NCBI GenBank assembly: GCA_021774625.1
Contig: JAJFIV010000031.1
Span: 64,180-128,179 of the forward strand
Direction of reading: 5' to 3'
Origin: Alphaproteobacteria bacterium
Lineage (GTDB): Bacteria > Pseudomonadota > Alphaproteobacteria > Sphingomonadales > JAKSBY01
Length of the DNA: 64,000 bases
The notes under the pieces are model-generated. The model saw nothing but the letters and a program-made list of their open reading frames with translations, had not been told where the DNA came from and searched no databases. This document shows positions 31,316 through 42,120 of this stretch, one piece after another (the stretch's first letter is position 1; each line of letters opens with the position of its first letter). Made by a program: the position numbers and the translations under genes.

Positions 31316-32551
31316 ATGACACTTGGTCTACTGATTTTGGCGGTTGCGGCTTTGGTGTTTGCCATGGTCGCCAAACGGCTGGCGACATCTCTTTTGACGG
31401 CCCCCATGATTTTTATTGCTCTTGGCTTTTTATTTTCAAAAACCGGATTGCTGCCGCATGAGGGCGCCGAGACCGGTCTTCATCTGGTTGCCGAACTGGC
31501 GCTGATTTTACTGTTATTTCTTGATGCGGCAAAAACCGATCTGATGGCGCTGCGCAGAAACCATTTATGGTCTGCGCGGATGCTTCTGATTGGCCTTCCA
31601 CTCGCGATGATGCTGGGGACCGCTGCGGTGTGGATATTCCTGCCGGATTGGCCGATCGTCGCGCTGGCGCTCATCGCCTCGCTGCTTGCGCCGACCGATG
31701 CTGCACTTGGGCAGGCTGTCATAACCAATCCCGCCGTGCCGCGAAGACCAAGAAGGGCCCTGACGGTTGAAAGCGGACTGAATGACGGATTTGCCCTGCC
31801 TGCGGTATTGCTGTTTGCGAGTCTTACGGCAAATGTGGCAGAGCAGGACAGCACCAACTGGCTCCTGTTCGGGGCAAAGCAATTAGCGTTTGGCCCGCTG
31901 ATCGGTATCATCGTGGGTCTGACCGGAGGGTTTATTTTGCTTCGCGCCAGGGATCGCGATCTGACGTCGGATACTTTTGAGGGAATTGGCGCGATTGCCC
32001 TGGCGGGCACCGCTTATCTTGGCGCAACGCAAATTGGCGGTAATGGTTTTATCGCCGCTTTCGTTGCCGGTCTCTGTTTTGGCAGCGTCACCAAGGGCCG
32101 GTGCAAGTTTGTCTATGAATTCACGGAAAGCGAGGGCCAGCTCCTCACCTGGGGCGCTTTCTTCCTGATTGGCCTGGTTCTGGTTCCCGAAGCGCTGAAC
32201 CATCTTTCAGCGCCAATTCTGGCTATTGTCCTGGTCAGCCTTTTTGTCGTCCGCCCCGTTGCAATATGGATCTCTCTTATCGGAACCGACGCGTCGGCGA
32301 CAACCCGTCTCTTCTTCGGCTGGTTCGGCCCGCGCGGACTTGCGACGGCGTTATTTGCCCTGCTGATCGTAGAGAAGATTGATCATGGGTTCTCTGAAAC
32401 CGCCTTGGCAGTCGCCATCAATGCCGTCTGGATCAGCGCTCTTCTCCACGGGCTGAGCGCCGCCCCCGGCGCAAAATGGTATGCGGCCCGGATCAAAAAA
32501 ATGGGCGACTGCGCAGAAACCAAACCGGTGAAAACACCGCCCGGCCGCTAA
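31316..32551 (+). CDS. Cation:proton antiporter (CPA1 / Na+/H+ exchanger family)
   Basis: About 12 TM, with the block LLAPTDAALGQAV and FGPRGLATALFAL. The preferred start is MTLGLLIL (31316), preceded by ggggag. The ORF track starts at 31190. Confidence 0.8.
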   Translation: MTLGLLILAVAALVFAMVAKRLATSLLTAPMIFIALGFLFSKTGLLPHEGAETGLHLVAELALILLLFLDAAKTDLMALRRNHLWSARMLLIGLPLAMMLGTAAVWIFLPDWPIVALALIASLLAPTDAALGQAVITNPAVPRRPRRALTVESGLNDGFALPAVLLFASLTANVAEQDSTNWLLFGAKQLAFGPLIGIIVGLTGGFILLRARDRDLTSDTFEGIGAIALAGTAYLGATQIGGNGFIAAFVAGLCFGSVTKGRCKFVYEFTESEGQLLTWGAFFLIGLVLVPEALNHLSAPILAIVLVSLFVVRPVAIWISLIGTDASATTRLFFGWFGPRGLATALFALLIVEKIDHGFSETALAVAINAVWISALLHGLSAAPGAKWYAARIKKMGDCAETKPVKTPPGR

Positions 32552-34671
32552 CGGTCTTCACTCTCTTCCGCTTCAAGCAACGCGCGCTGGGCCGCAATAG
32601 TATTTTGCATTTTCTGCTGCAATTCCTGAAAACCCGGTTCGCCTCTCAGGCTTTCCAGGGCGATATCGCGATCCAGCCATGGCGTGATGAAGCCCTTGTC
32701 ATAGGCCGTTTTCAGATGGGTTATGGCCTCGTCTGTCTTGCCGTCCAGGGCCGCCACGGCCGCTCGCATATAATCCGAACCATAGGTATTGATACCGATC
32801 GCTGCCTGGTTTTCAATGAAGGTTCGGATTTCCGCCAGCATCTCTTGGGCCGCTGCCTCATCGCCGGTTTTTTGCCGCAGAGCAGCCAATATGACTGCGG
32901 CAGGCTGATTGACATCGATTAGAAAGAGAAGAGATGCGCCGCCGCTCGTTATTTCCGCCAGCGGCTCCAGAAAATCCCGGGCTTTCTGATAATTTCCCGA
33001 ATAGGTTTCGACAAAGGCGGCGAGGGCAAGATTAACCGGCTGGCTGTTCGGTTGATCTTCGAAACGCTTTTGATAGATTGCGGCCGCTTCCTCATAGCGG
33101 CCTTCGATTGTAAAAAGAATATCCCTGACCTCATACAGATATTCGGCCGCTTTCCGGGTCATGCCGAGTGTGAGATAGACGCTTCCCAGCCCCTGGCGGG
33201 CGCCGGGACTGCTGGGGGCGAGTTCCAGCGCCTTTTTAATCCAGCGCGCCGCTTCAACATATTGACCGGCGGTCAGCGCAACATTACCCATCCCAAGATA
33301 TCCCGAAGGATTGGCCGGATTGAGGGTAATCAGCTTTTGATAGCGGACGCGCGCTTCCCCGGTTTTGCCGCGTGCCAGCATTTGTCCCGCATAGTTGCCA
33401 TTTGCGGGGATGGAAAAGGGGTCGATTTCAAGGGTCCGTTCCAGCATTTCGAGCGATTCTTCGTCTTTCCCGATGCCGCCAAGAAGATTGGCAAGCCACA
33501 AATGGGCGTTTGCAAGGTTCGGATTAAGTTCGATAGCGCGGCGCAATTCAGCCTCGGCGTCAGCCAGCTGAAACTGCTCACTAAGCAGCAAGCCAAGCGA
33601 TGCATGAGCCTCCGCGAGGCCCGGGTCGAGCGCCAAAGCCATCTCGATCAACGGTCGCGCCTTTGCCATTGCTTCTTCGGACGGGATGGTTCCATAAGCA
33701 GAGGTCGTGTTTCGAAGCAGCATATAGCTGTCGGCCAAGCCCACATAGGCGGGGGCGTAATCGGGATCTTCCGCGATGGCCTGTTGAAAAAAGGAAAGCG
33801 CCTTTTCCAGCTCGTCCCGGCGGCGCTGGGTAAAGTGATAACGGCCCTGCAGATAAAGATTATAAGCCTCCATGCTGGCCATATGCTGGACAGGCTCCAC
33901 AGTCATTTCCACACCGAGATGGGTTTTCAAAGCACCGGCAATGGCGCCGGATATCTCATCCTGTATGGCAAAAATATCATCCAGCTGCCGGTCATAGGTC
34001 TCCGACCAGAGATGGTAGCCATCCGCAGTATTGATCAATTGGGCCGTAATGCGCAGCTGGGTGCCGGCTTTTCTGACACTTCCTTCCAGCACGGTCGCCA
34101 CATTCAGTTCTTCACCGATGGTCTGTATATTTTCGTTGCGGCCCCTGAAAGCGAAGGAGGATGTGCGCGCGGCGACCCGAAGGCCATCCGTTTTGGCGAG
34201 AACATTCAGCAGTTCTTCCGCGATGCCGTCCGAAAAATATTCCTGATCCCGCTCGGGGCTTAAATCGACAAAAGGCAGGACGGCGATGGATTTGCCGGTG
34301 ATTTCCGCAAAACTTTTGTCCGGCTTCTGCAGGTGTTTGTCATATATAAAATAACTGAGCGCCACCAACAGGGCGCCGATAATCACGAAATCGATTCTGC
34401 GGCTGAGGAAAGCGGAAGAGGCAGCAGACTTATCCGTTTCTGTGGTCCGCTTAATGCCGTCCGGCGTAATGTCGAACAGCCATGTCAGCAGGATGACAAC
34501 CGGGAAACCGGCTATGACGATGATCACGACCGCACGGGCGGTCCAATCCGGCATCAGCAGGATCGGAAAAACATCACTGGCGATCTGAACGGCAATCCAG
34601 CCAATGACCGCGTAGGCGGCGATCACGCGAAAGACCCGCCGGCGTTTCAACTCTTCGATAAAATCGCTCAT
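32548..34671 (-). CDS. Membrane-anchored TPR-repeat protein with TolB-N-terminal-like domain
   Basis: The N-terminus is RRVFRVIAAYAVIGWIAVQIA plus a second TM. The SIAVLPFVDLS... domain follows, then many TPR-like repeats. Confidence 0.7.
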   Translation of the reverse strand: MSDFIEELKRRRVFRVIAAYAVIGWIAVQIASDVFPILLMPDWTARAVVIIVIAGFPVVILLTWLFDITPDGIKRTTETDKSAASSAFLSRRIDFVIIGALLVALSYFIYDKHLQKPDKSFAEITGKSIAVLPFVDLSPERDQEYFSDGIAEELLNVLAKTDGLRVAARTSSFAFRGRNENIQTIGEELNVATVLEGSVRKAGTQLRITAQLINTADGYHLWSETYDRQLDDIFAIQDEISGAIAGALKTHLGVEMTVEPVQHMASMEAYNLYLQGRYHFTQRRRDELEKALSFFQQAIAEDPDYAPAYVGLADSYMLLRNTTSAYGTIPSEEAMAKARPLIEMALALDPGLAEAHASLGLLLSEQFQLADAEAELRRAIELNPNLANAHLWLANLLGGIGKDEESLEMLERTLEIDPFSIPANGNYAGQMLARGKTGEARVRYQKLITLNPANPSGYLGMGNVALTAGQYVEAARWIKKALELAPSSPGARQGLGSVYLTLGMTRKAAEYLYEVRDILFTIEGRYEEAAAIYQKRFEDQPNSQPVNLALAAFVETYSGNYQKARDFLEPLAEITSGGASLLFLIDVNQPAAVILAALRQKTGDEAAAQEMLAEIRTFIENQAAIGINTYGSDYMRAAVAALDGKTDEAITHLKTAYDKGFITPWLDRDIALESLRGEPGFQELQQKMQNTIAAQRALLEAEESEDR

Positions 34672-34735
34672 ATGGCCAACCCCGATAGCCGAACCGGCCG
34701 GACCTTATCATTCAATGGCTTAAGCGGCCAGTTTT

Positions 34736-35608
34736 TTAAGATTGCGGGCCCATTGCCACATTAGCCACCAGTAGGTGAGGCGGTCCGGACTCAATGATTT
34801 CAACGGCCGCCCCCACGGCGATTGTTCCCAAATTGCGGGGAATGGCGTTCTGGCCAAAATACACGCCGCCATTGGCTCCCCGGCGCAATTTCGCCAGGGT
34901 CTTCAGGGGCTCTTTCGGCGTTGCTTCCCCACTGACCTGATCGACAATGGTCGTGGCGCAGCGGTCGCAGGGTTTGACGATGTCGAAGAGGATTGTCCCG
35001 ATGCGGATTTGCCGCCAGTTATCTTCCTCAAAAGCGCGGGCGCCTCTGATCACCAGATTGGGCCTGAAACGATCCATGGCAATGGGGCTGGTAAAGTGCG
35101 GATCAAGGGCCGCCAGTGAGGCCGCATTTGTAATCAGAACCGGATAGGCGTCGGCAAAGCCCACTTCATCGCCCGCCCTGCCAAAATCCGGATTTACCGG
35201 ACGTTTTTTATCATCATCGATCCGCACCAGCCGGACCGGCCTTTGCAGAATATTGGAAAGCCATGTGGCGGCTTCACCGCCTGCATCCCAGGCGGAACAA
35301 CGATCCCGCCATACCGTTGCCGTGACATTGATTCCCCTGTCTGCCGGGTTTGGGACGGCGTGTTGTTCCGCGCCATTTTTCAGAGTCAGCCCGCCCCGTC
35401 CGTCCGGGATGGCGGAAATCGCCGCAAGTTTCGGTGTGCTGCGCTGGCTGAGAAAAATATTATTCTGATCGACAATCATCCATAACCGGTCACCTTTTGG
35501 TCCGCGCATGGTTATTTCGACTGATGTTTTTTCGATCCCGCGCAATGATTTTACCGGATAAAAAAAGCTATGAGAAAGATGGGGTATAGGCATAGAGTTT
35601 AACCTCAT
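34736..35608 (-). CDS. MOSC domain protein (YcbX-like)
   Basis: The N-terminal beta-barrel block is YPVKSLRG, with FRPNLVI and the conserved Cys block KPCDRCATT. Confidence 0.8.
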   Translation of the reverse strand: MRLNSMPIPHLSHSFFYPVKSLRGIEKTSVEITMRGPKGDRLWMIVDQNNIFLSQRSTPKLAAISAIPDGRGGLTLKNGAEQHAVPNPADRGINVTATVWRDRCSAWDAGGEAATWLSNILQRPVRLVRIDDDKKRPVNPDFGRAGDEVGFADAYPVLITNAASLAALDPHFTSPIAMDRFRPNLVIRGARAFEEDNWRQIRIGTILFDIVKPCDRCATTIVDQVSGEATPKEPLKTLAKLRRGANGGVYFGQNAIPRNLGTIAVGAAVEIIESGPPHLLVANVAMGPQS

Positions 35609-35625
35609 GCGTCGGCCTGGAGGGA

Positions 35626-36432
35626 ATGGGTATGCTTAACCGAAAAACCGGAATTATGCGATTGATTTTGGCGGCTATTCTGCCGCTTGCCGCTGCCGGC
35701 TGGCAGGAGGAAGAAGAACCGGCCGCTGTCACCATCGATTACATTGCCCATGCGTCTTTTCAGATCACTTCACAAAAGGGCGTCCGCATCGTTATTGATC
35801 CCTATGCCGACAAAGTCTGGCTCGGCTATGATTATCCAAAAAATATTGAGACCGATGCGGTTCTGATCACGCACCCGCATTATGATCATGACGGCGGTGA
35901 ATATATGGGCCGGTCATTGCCTTTTCCGTCTGAGCCCCGGATATTCCGTCATCCCGGACAATTCCAGCTTGAGGATGTCAGGCTGACCGGATTCCAGGGA
36001 AGACATGCGGAGCCCTATGGCAGGGAATTTGGGCGGTTTAATACGGTCTGGGCTGTTGAAACCGGAGCCATCCGCATCGTCCACTGGGGGGATAATGAAC
36101 CGGTTTCCGACGCTCTTGCCGATCAGTTGGGGGCGGTGGATATCCTGATGCTTCCCATCGATGGTGAAGAGCACCTTTTAACTTTCGATGCGGTGAGCGC
36201 TATCCTGAAGCGCCTGCGGCCGCGCATTGTCATTCCGATACATTACAGAATTCCTGAACTGGAACCCGGAGACGGTCCCGATGACCTGGGTGAAATCGCG
36301 CCATGGCTGAATATTTATGATGGCCTGGTCATCCAAAAAAGTGATCACCGGGCCATATTTTCCGCAATTGACCTGCCCGAACCTTCCGAACAGCCTGTCA
36401 TCGTGATTTTTCAGCCTTCACCGGAAATTTAA
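35626..36432 (+). CDS. MBL-fold metallo-hydrolase
   Basis: LITHPHYDHDGG (HxHxDH-like) and an N-terminal export-like hydrophobic segment. Confidence 0.7.
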   Translation: MGMLNRKTGIMRLILAAILPLAAAGWQEEEEPAAVTIDYIAHASFQITSQKGVRIVIDPYADKVWLGYDYPKNIETDAVLITHPHYDHDGGEYMGRSLPFPSEPRIFRHPGQFQLEDVRLTGFQGRHAEPYGREFGRFNTVWAVETGAIRIVHWGDNEPVSDALADQLGAVDILMLPIDGEEHLLTFDAVSAILKRLRPRIVIPIHYRIPELEPGDGPDDLGEIAPWLNIYDGLVIQKSDHRAIFSAIDLPEPSEQPVIVIFQPSPEI

Positions 36433-36489
36433 CCATAAGTTGCAGCGGACAGTTACTTCCCCTTAACCAATTGCCGGTAAAAGGTTTAA

Positions 36490-38334
36490 GTGAAATTGGG
36501 GGGAACTGTAATGGCGCCGGGCCGGGCCATCGCCGACAAAGGGAATGATCGCGGAGCCGTGAGCTCCATGGTCGGACTTATCTGGAAAACGCATTTCATG
36601 CGCTATTACCACATCACGTTGTGGGCCATGGCGCTGGCGGTGGTGACAAGCTGGGCAACTGCTTTCCTCTGGTATCTGGCAACCATCGCAGGCGCCTGCA
36701 TCCGCTCCGTGCTTGAAAAGAAAATGCAGAAAAAGGCGCAGTCCGGAAATTTGCCGGCTTCCTCACACTGGGCCTATCCGCTGATCGCCACCTTCGCCAA
36801 TTCCTTCTGGGCCGTGGCCCCATATCTCGCCTGGACCGGCGGGCATCCCTATGGAGAAATGCTGGCGGTCATCCTGCTGGCCTCCGGCTATATGCTGGTC
36901 ACAACGCAGTTTCGCGGTTTCCCTAAATATATACTCCTGTTCGGCTCGCCCTATACACTCGTGATCGTTTATCTGCTGGCACTCGAAGTGAACGCGCCGA
37001 TTTTCTGGCCGTTCGCGGTGGGTCTTGTGGCGCTCTTTTCCGCCAAATATTTTGCGATCGTTTATGGATCATTGGCTCACCGGCAGATTGTTGAAGGTCA
37101 GGCGGCGCAGGATAAGCTTATCAAGGAGCTGGAAAAAGCGCGGGACGAGGCCGAGGCAGCCAATAAGGCAAAATCCACTTTTCTGGCGATGATCAGTCAT
37201 GAACTTCGCACCCCGATGAATGGAGTCTTGGGAGCCGCAAGGCTGCTGGCAAGATCCGACCTGAACAAGGACCAGAGGGACCATCTTTACATTCTTGAAG
37301 CTTCCTCCAGTTCGCTGATGACCCTGCTCAATGATATTCTCGATTTTTCCAAGATTGAGGCCGAACGCCTGACTTTTGAGCGAATTGAGGTGGATATCAA
37401 GGCGCTGCTGGAAAGGCTGGCCGGCGCGTGGCGGGGGATTGCCGCGGAAAAAGGCCTGACGTTTGACATGGCGATCCCGGATACCTTGCCGGGGCGGGTA
37501 ATGTCTGATCCGACACGAATCTCCCAGATTCTTCATAATCTTTTGTCGAATGCCGTCAAATATACACCGGAGGGCATTGTTCGCTTTGAGGCGCATGTCA
37601 GTGATCAAAATGATCGAAATATCGAATTGACGGTCCATGTGAAGGACAGCGGCCCTGGTATCAGGCGGGATGATTTGCAGCGTTTGTTCCAGCCCTTCGA
37701 GCAACTGGATGCGTCCCGCACCCGCACCCATGGCGGCACCGGTCTCGGTCTGGCGATTGCCCGGCAGCTTGCGAATAATATGGGCGGGGATATCCGGGTG
37801 GAATCAGAAGAGGGCAAGGGTTCGGTCTTCACCGTCATATTCCGGTTTGATGTCGTGGATTGGGCGACCGGCGCCGCCGGGGAGAATGCTGCCGACGTTA
37901 CAGGCGCGGTTTGCGCCATCCCCAAAAGGATTCTGGTGGTTGAAGACCATCCGTTGAACTGCAAACTGATAGAAAGCTTCCTTGTGCCTCTTGGGCACCG
38001 GCTGACTTTTGCCAATAATGGCCGGCAGGCGCTTGAGGCGCTGAGAGACACCTGTTTTGACGTGATTCTGATGGATGTCCACATGCCTAAAATGGACGGA
38101 TTGGAAGCAACCAGGCTTATTCGCGCAGGCGATTCCGCGAATGCCGGGCGGCCCATCATTATGCTGTCCGCCGGCGCCATGGCGGAGGAACGCAAGGAAG
38201 GCATGAAAGCCGGGGCCGATACCTATGTCACCAAGCCCATAGATCCCGATGAACTGGTTGCGGCCATTGAGCGGTTTACAGAGGATAAACCGGGCCAACC
38301 AACACGATCCGAGCCGGAGACAGTCGGCCCTTAA
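36490..38334 (+). CDS. Membrane hybrid sensor histidine kinase / response regulator
   Basis: Multi-TM N-terminus. The H-box is [14 protein letters not shown], the ATPase blocks are DSGPGI and GTGLGLAIA, and the C-terminal receiver is [10 protein letters not shown]...[14 protein letters not shown]. Confidence 0.85.
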   Translation: MKLGGTVMAPGRAIADKGNDRGAVSSMVGLIWKTHFMRYYHITLWAMALAVVTSWATAFLWYLATIAGACIRSVLEKKMQKKAQSGNLPASSHWAYPLIATFANSFWAVAPYLAWTGGHPYGEMLAVILLASGYMLVTTQFRGFPKYILLFGSPYTLVIVYLLALEVNAPIFWPFAVGLVALFSAKYFAIVYGSLAHRQIVEGQAAQDKLIKELEKARDEAEAANKAKSTFLAMISHELRTPMNGVLGAARLLARSDLNKDQRDHLYILEASSSSLMTLLNDILDFSKIEAERLTFERIEVDIKALLERLAGAWRGIAAEKGLTFDMAIPDTLPGRVMSDPTRISQILHNLLSNAVKYTPEGIVRFEAHVSDQNDRNIELTVHVKDSGPGIRRDDLQRLFQPFEQLDASRTRTHGGTGLGLAIARQLANNMGGDIRVESEEGKGSVFTVIFRFDVVDWATGAAGENAADVTGAVCAIPKRILVVEDHPLNCKLIESFLVPLGHRLTFANNGRQALEALRDTCFDVILMDVHMPKMDGLEATRLIRAGDSANAGRPIIMLSAGAMAEERKEGMKAGADTYVTKPIDPDELVAAIERFTEDKPGQPTRSEPETVGP

Positions 38335-39320
38335 GCGATTGCTGACAGATCGGCTTTCGCCGCCGATTTCGGCGACATTTCCAGCATCCGCTCCAGGGGT
38401 TTGAGGGCGCGAAGGCGGATATCTTCCGGTATTGTGATCCGTGGTTTTAAGTCCCGCAGCGCGAGATAAAGCTTTTCCATGGTGTTGAGCGCCATGAAGG
38501 GACAGGCATTGCAGTTGCAATTGCCGTCAGCCCCCGGCGCGCCGATAAAGCTCTTGTGCGGGGCCGCTTTTTCCATCTGATGTATGATATGCGGTTCGGT
38601 TGCGATGAGGAAAGTCCCGGCATCGCTTTCCAGTACATATTTCAGAATGGAAGATGTGGACCCCACATGATCCGCATGGTCCAGAATATGCGGCGGGCAT
38701 TCCGGGTGCGCGGCGACAGGAGCGCCGGGATTGCGGACTTTCAGTCTGATCAGTTCTTTTTCCGAAAACTGTTCATGAACGATACAGGCCCCGTCCCACA
38801 GCAGCATATCGCGGCCGGTCTTGCGGGACAGATAAGCCCCCAGATAACGGTCGGGCGCAAACAGGATCGGCTGATCCGCAGGAATCTGGCTGATGATGGC
38901 TTCCGCGTTGGAAGATGTGACAATGATATCCGTGTGGGCCTTCACGGCCGCCGAGCAATTGATGTAGGTCAGTGAAATATGGCCGGGATGTTCGGCGCGG
39001 AATTTGCCGAATGCGTCAGGCGGGCAGGAATCTTCCAGCGAGCATCCGGCCTTGATGTCCGGTAAAATAACGGTTTTTTCCGGCGAGAGGATTTTCGCCA
39101 CTTCCGCCATGAAACGCACTCCGCAAAAGGCGATGACATCGGCATCCGTAGCAGCGGCCTTACGTGATAAATCGAGGGAGTCGCCGACAAAATCGGCAAT
39201 ATCCTGAATGGCCGGTTCCTGATAATAATGGGCAAGGATGACCGCATTGCGCGCGGATTTCAAACGGCGAATCTCTGCTTCCAGGTCCTTACCGGCGGTA
39301 ATGGCAACGGGTGAATTCAT
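38331..39320 (-). CDS. nadA: Quinolinate synthase
   Basis: Blocks [17 protein letters not shown] and CSLEDSC, plus C-terminal Cys residues typical of NadA. Confidence 0.9.
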   Translation of the reverse strand: MNSPVAITAGKDLEAEIRRLKSARNAVILAHYYQEPAIQDIADFVGDSLDLSRKAAATDADVIAFCGVRFMAEVAKILSPEKTVILPDIKAGCSLEDSCPPDAFGKFRAEHPGHISLTYINCSAAVKAHTDIIVTSSNAEAIISQIPADQPILFAPDRYLGAYLSRKTGRDMLLWDGACIVHEQFSEKELIRLKVRNPGAPVAAHPECPPHILDHADHVGSTSSILKYVLESDAGTFLIATEPHIIHQMEKAAPHKSFIGAPGADGNCNCNACPFMALNTMEKLYLALRDLKPRITIPEDIRLRALKPLERMLEMSPKSAAKADLSAIA

Positions 39321-39393
39321 CGCTCTGTCTTCAGCTGTTTCATCATTCAGCCCATATATAGGGCATTTTTTTGAGATTCACACAACCGTCATA

Positions 39394-40296
39394 TTAAACC
39401 AGTGAAAAAATACTTTCTGCGCTTAACGGAGCACCGCATGCGACCCGTCCCTGTTGCGTCAGATCGATCAGATGGGCGAGGACGGACCGGGCCGCTGCGG
39501 CATGCAGGTTTTTCGGCGTAGAGGCGTAAAGCCGCTCGACAATTCCGCCAATGGTTGACGGGTTATTGCCAAGGACAGACAGGATTTGCCCGGCCCGCAT
39601 GTTGCGATGGGCGATCAGCGCGCGGATAAAGGATTTCGGGTTTTCGACCGGCGGGCCGTGGGTCGGATAAAGGATGCCGTCACCGCGGTCCAGAAGCTTG
39701 CGCAGGCTCGCCAGATAGGCGGCCATATCCCCGTCCGGCGGCGAAATGACCGTGGTGGCCCAGCCCATAATATGGTCGCCCGTGAACAGGGCTTTCTCTT
39801 CCAAAAGCGCATAACAGGTGTGATTGGAAGTATGGCCCGGCGTGTGCAGGACTTCGATGGTCCAGCCCGCGCCGGAAACCGTTTCCCGGTCTTTCAGAAA
39901 AATATCGGGGGTGAATTCTTTATCGGCGCCTTCTTCCACCTTATCGCCAAATCCCGCAATGACTTTCCCCGATCCATGGGGGCCGAATGCGTATATTTTC
40001 GCACCCGTTTGCTGCGCCAGGATTTTTGCGGCAGGGGAATGGTCGATATGCGTATGGGTGACCAGAATATGGCTGACGGTTTCTCCTTTTAGCGCCGCCA
40101 GAAGCGCTGCAATATGGCCATCAAGCAGCGGGCCCGGATCAATGACTGCCGGCGCGCCATGGCCAATGATATAAGTGCCGGTCCCGGTATAGGTATAGGG
40201 GCCGGGATTGCGCGCGGTTACGCACCGGATCAGGGGGCTGATCGCAATGGATTCACCGTAGCGGACGCGTGTATCATGGACAAAGGGAACGGACAT
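39394..40296 (-). CDS. MBL-fold metallo-hydrolase (glyoxalase II-like with C-terminal winged-helix-like tail)
   Basis: ILVTHTHIDHSPAA and TPGHTSNH. Confidence 0.8.
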   Translation of the reverse strand: MSVPFVHDTRVRYGESIAISPLIRCVTARNPGPYTYTGTGTYIIGHGAPAVIDPGPLLDGHIAALLAALKGETVSHILVTHTHIDHSPAAKILAQQTGAKIYAFGPHGSGKVIAGFGDKVEEGADKEFTPDIFLKDRETVSGAGWTIEVLHTPGHTSNHTCYALLEEKALFTGDHIMGWATTVISPPDGDMAAYLASLRKLLDRGDGILYPTHGPPVENPKSFIRALIAHRNMRAGQILSVLGNNPSTIGGIVERLYASTPKNLHAAAARSVLAHLIDLTQQGRVACGAPLSAESIFSLV

Positions 40297-40317
40297 CCGT
40301 TCATGCTATAGTCTGAT

Positions 40318-40683
40318 TCAGAAGGGTTGAATACGGATAATTTTAAAAGGCCGGGCAACGCCGTCATGCTCGGTGATGGTGACATATTCGCCCTCCGTGA
40401 GTTTATGGGATTCCAGATGGAAGAAGGGTTCATTGTCTTCCTCGCCCGGCTCATAGGAGATCGCCCACTTATTGCCGCGGCTATGGATCAGATTGCCATA
40501 TTCATCCGCTTCTCCTTCCCAGAAGCGATGGACGGTGCATTGTTTTTTATGAGCCCGCCATGTCTCCGCATCAAGAAAGCCGTCGTGGCTGATCGGCGCA
40601 ATAATATCATAACCATAAAGACTGCTGCCCTGGGGATGATCAGGGGTGCGTCCAAGTTCCAGCCGTATTTTTTTTAAGGTCAT
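40318..40683 (-). CDS. Hypothetical protein (121 aa)
   Basis: The ORF has non-shadow-like composition. No family was recognised. Confidence 0.5.
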   Translation of the reverse strand: MTLKKIRLELGRTPDHPQGSSLYGYDIIAPISHDGFLDAETWRAHKKQCTVHRFWEGEADEYGNLIHSRGNKWAISYEPGEEDNEPFFHLESHKLTEGEYVTITEHDGVARPFKIIRIQPF

Positions 40684-40843
40684 GACAATATCTTCCGCAT
40701 TGAATTTTTCAATTCAATGTAGGAGGGCTAATCTTCAGGCGGCTTTGATCTGGATCAATAATCCAGGTCTGGCCCTGTTAAATTCATCCATTATGTTTTC
40801 AACACAGTATCCCTCTGGGCAGAAACAGGCTTTGAGCATGACA

Positions 40844-41062
40844 CTAAGCATGGCCATACTGCTTGTGGGAAAGGCCGCTGAGGGCCAGCAACCACTTTGT
40901 TTCATCCTCAATAGCCCGCCAGTAAAGCCATTCATTCTTCCGGCCCTCAAGTTCCGCCATGCGCTGTTCGCGCCGTGCTTCCCCAATGGCGTTATCGCCA
41001 AACATGGCAATCAGAATGTCGGCGCCCTGCTCGATCTGGTTATAGTGATTGTGGGTCATCAT
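40844..41062 (-). CDS. Hypothetical small protein (72 aa), possibly the 5' part of a frameshifted gene
   Basis: ORF only. A second frame continues for about 35 plausible codons downstream (40735-40843). Confidence 0.3.
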   Translation of the reverse strand: MMTHNHYNQIEQGADILIAMFGDNAIGEARREQRMAELEGRKNEWLYWRAIEDETKWLLALSGLSHKQYGHA

Positions 41063-41223
41063 GGCCGTCTCTCCTCAAGCATAATAAGCAGACACGAGCA
41101 AAAGCCGGGCCAATACAGATGATTTTTACAAAGCATTGATATTAAATAGTTTTCGTGTTTTCGGAAAATTGAGACTCAGGATTTTTTGGCACAGAACGAA
41201 CCAGATGTATCATTTTGAAACAG

Positions 41224-42021
41224 TTATTGCTGTCCCGTTTCGGGATTCAGGCCTGGCCCGTTGTCCTCTGTTGAAAAGCCATAAGCCTGAAAGCGGAGTT
41301 TTGATGCCCCGCTCTGCAGGAATTTTAGGAACTGGCGGGCTTTTTTGCCGTCATTCTGTTTCATGATCACGGCCCAGTATTCGATGGGGCTGTGAAGCTC
41401 CGCCGGAACGGCAGCGATAAGAGAAACCCGGGTGCTGATATACGCGTCGGTCGCATAGACGATGCCATAGGGTGCGGCGCCGCTTTCTACCAGCGCCAGC
41501 GCAGATCGGACATTGGCCGCCGGGGCAATTTGCTTTTCAAGCGCTTTCCAAAGGCCGAGCGCTTCCAGGGCCTGTCTGGCATGGATACCGGCCGGGACGG
41601 TGTCTGGCGCGGCCATGGCGAGACGGTTTGCGCCTAATCGGGAGAGAGCGTCCGTGAAGGAAATATCCGGCTCGGCATTCAAGTCTGTCTGCGCAATCAG
41701 CACCAGCCTGTTGCCGGCGATTTTTACCGGACTGTCCGGAGCGAGGGTCGCCCTGTCCCCGAGATAATCAACCCACCGCCGGTTGGCGGAGATAAAAAGC
41801 GCCGCCGGGGCGCCAAATTCGATCTGGCGGGCGAGAATGGCGGAGGAAGCAAAAGACAATCTGACTTTGGCCCCCGTTTCCCGTTTATAATCGGCAGCGA
41901 TATCATTCATGACATTGGTCAGGCTGGCCGCCGCGAAGATCAGGGGTTCCTGGTTCTCGTCCGCCCGCAACGGCCCCGCTAAAAGGCCGAGAACGAAAAA
42001 TGGTAACAATCGAAAGATCAT
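41224..42021 (-). CDS. modA: Molybdate ABC transporter substrate-binding protein (orphan, no modBC nearby)
   Basis: The signal peptide is MIFRLLPFFVLGLLAGPLRA. Blocks FAAASLTNVM, SFASSAILARQIEFGAPAALFISA and GIVYATDA are present. The ORF track extends to 42069. Confidence 0.8.
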   Translation of the reverse strand: MIFRLLPFFVLGLLAGPLRADENQEPLIFAAASLTNVMNDIAADYKRETGAKVRLSFASSAILARQIEFGAPAALFISANRRWVDYLGDRATLAPDSPVKIAGNRLVLIAQTDLNAEPDISFTDALSRLGANRLAMAAPDTVPAGIHARQALEALGLWKALEKQIAPAANVRSALALVESGAAPYGIVYATDAYISTRVSLIAAVPAELHSPIEYWAVIMKQNDGKKARQFLKFLQSGASKLRFQAYGFSTEDNGPGLNPETGQQ

Positions 42022-42120
42022 GAAGGGGCCCCTTGCAATTTTTATCCCTGTTGGAGGCGACAGGGCCAATCAATTTCGCTATAGTTAACAAAATCACCGC
42101 AAATAAAAAAGGGAGGTATT

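Noticed and set aside
36490-38334. Third hybrid kinase as a component of the 18.8-25.2 kb signalling module.
   Set aside because: It lies 11 kb away, has normal GC, and sits among unrelated genes. There is no sequence evidence for a link.
42022-42120. Possible ModE box or Moco riboswitch in the modA / IorA-like divergent spacer.
   Set aside because: Only a weak half-site-like CGCTATAG and a small CCCTGT/ACAGGG hairpin are present. A 99-bp spacer is too short for a Moco riboswitch.
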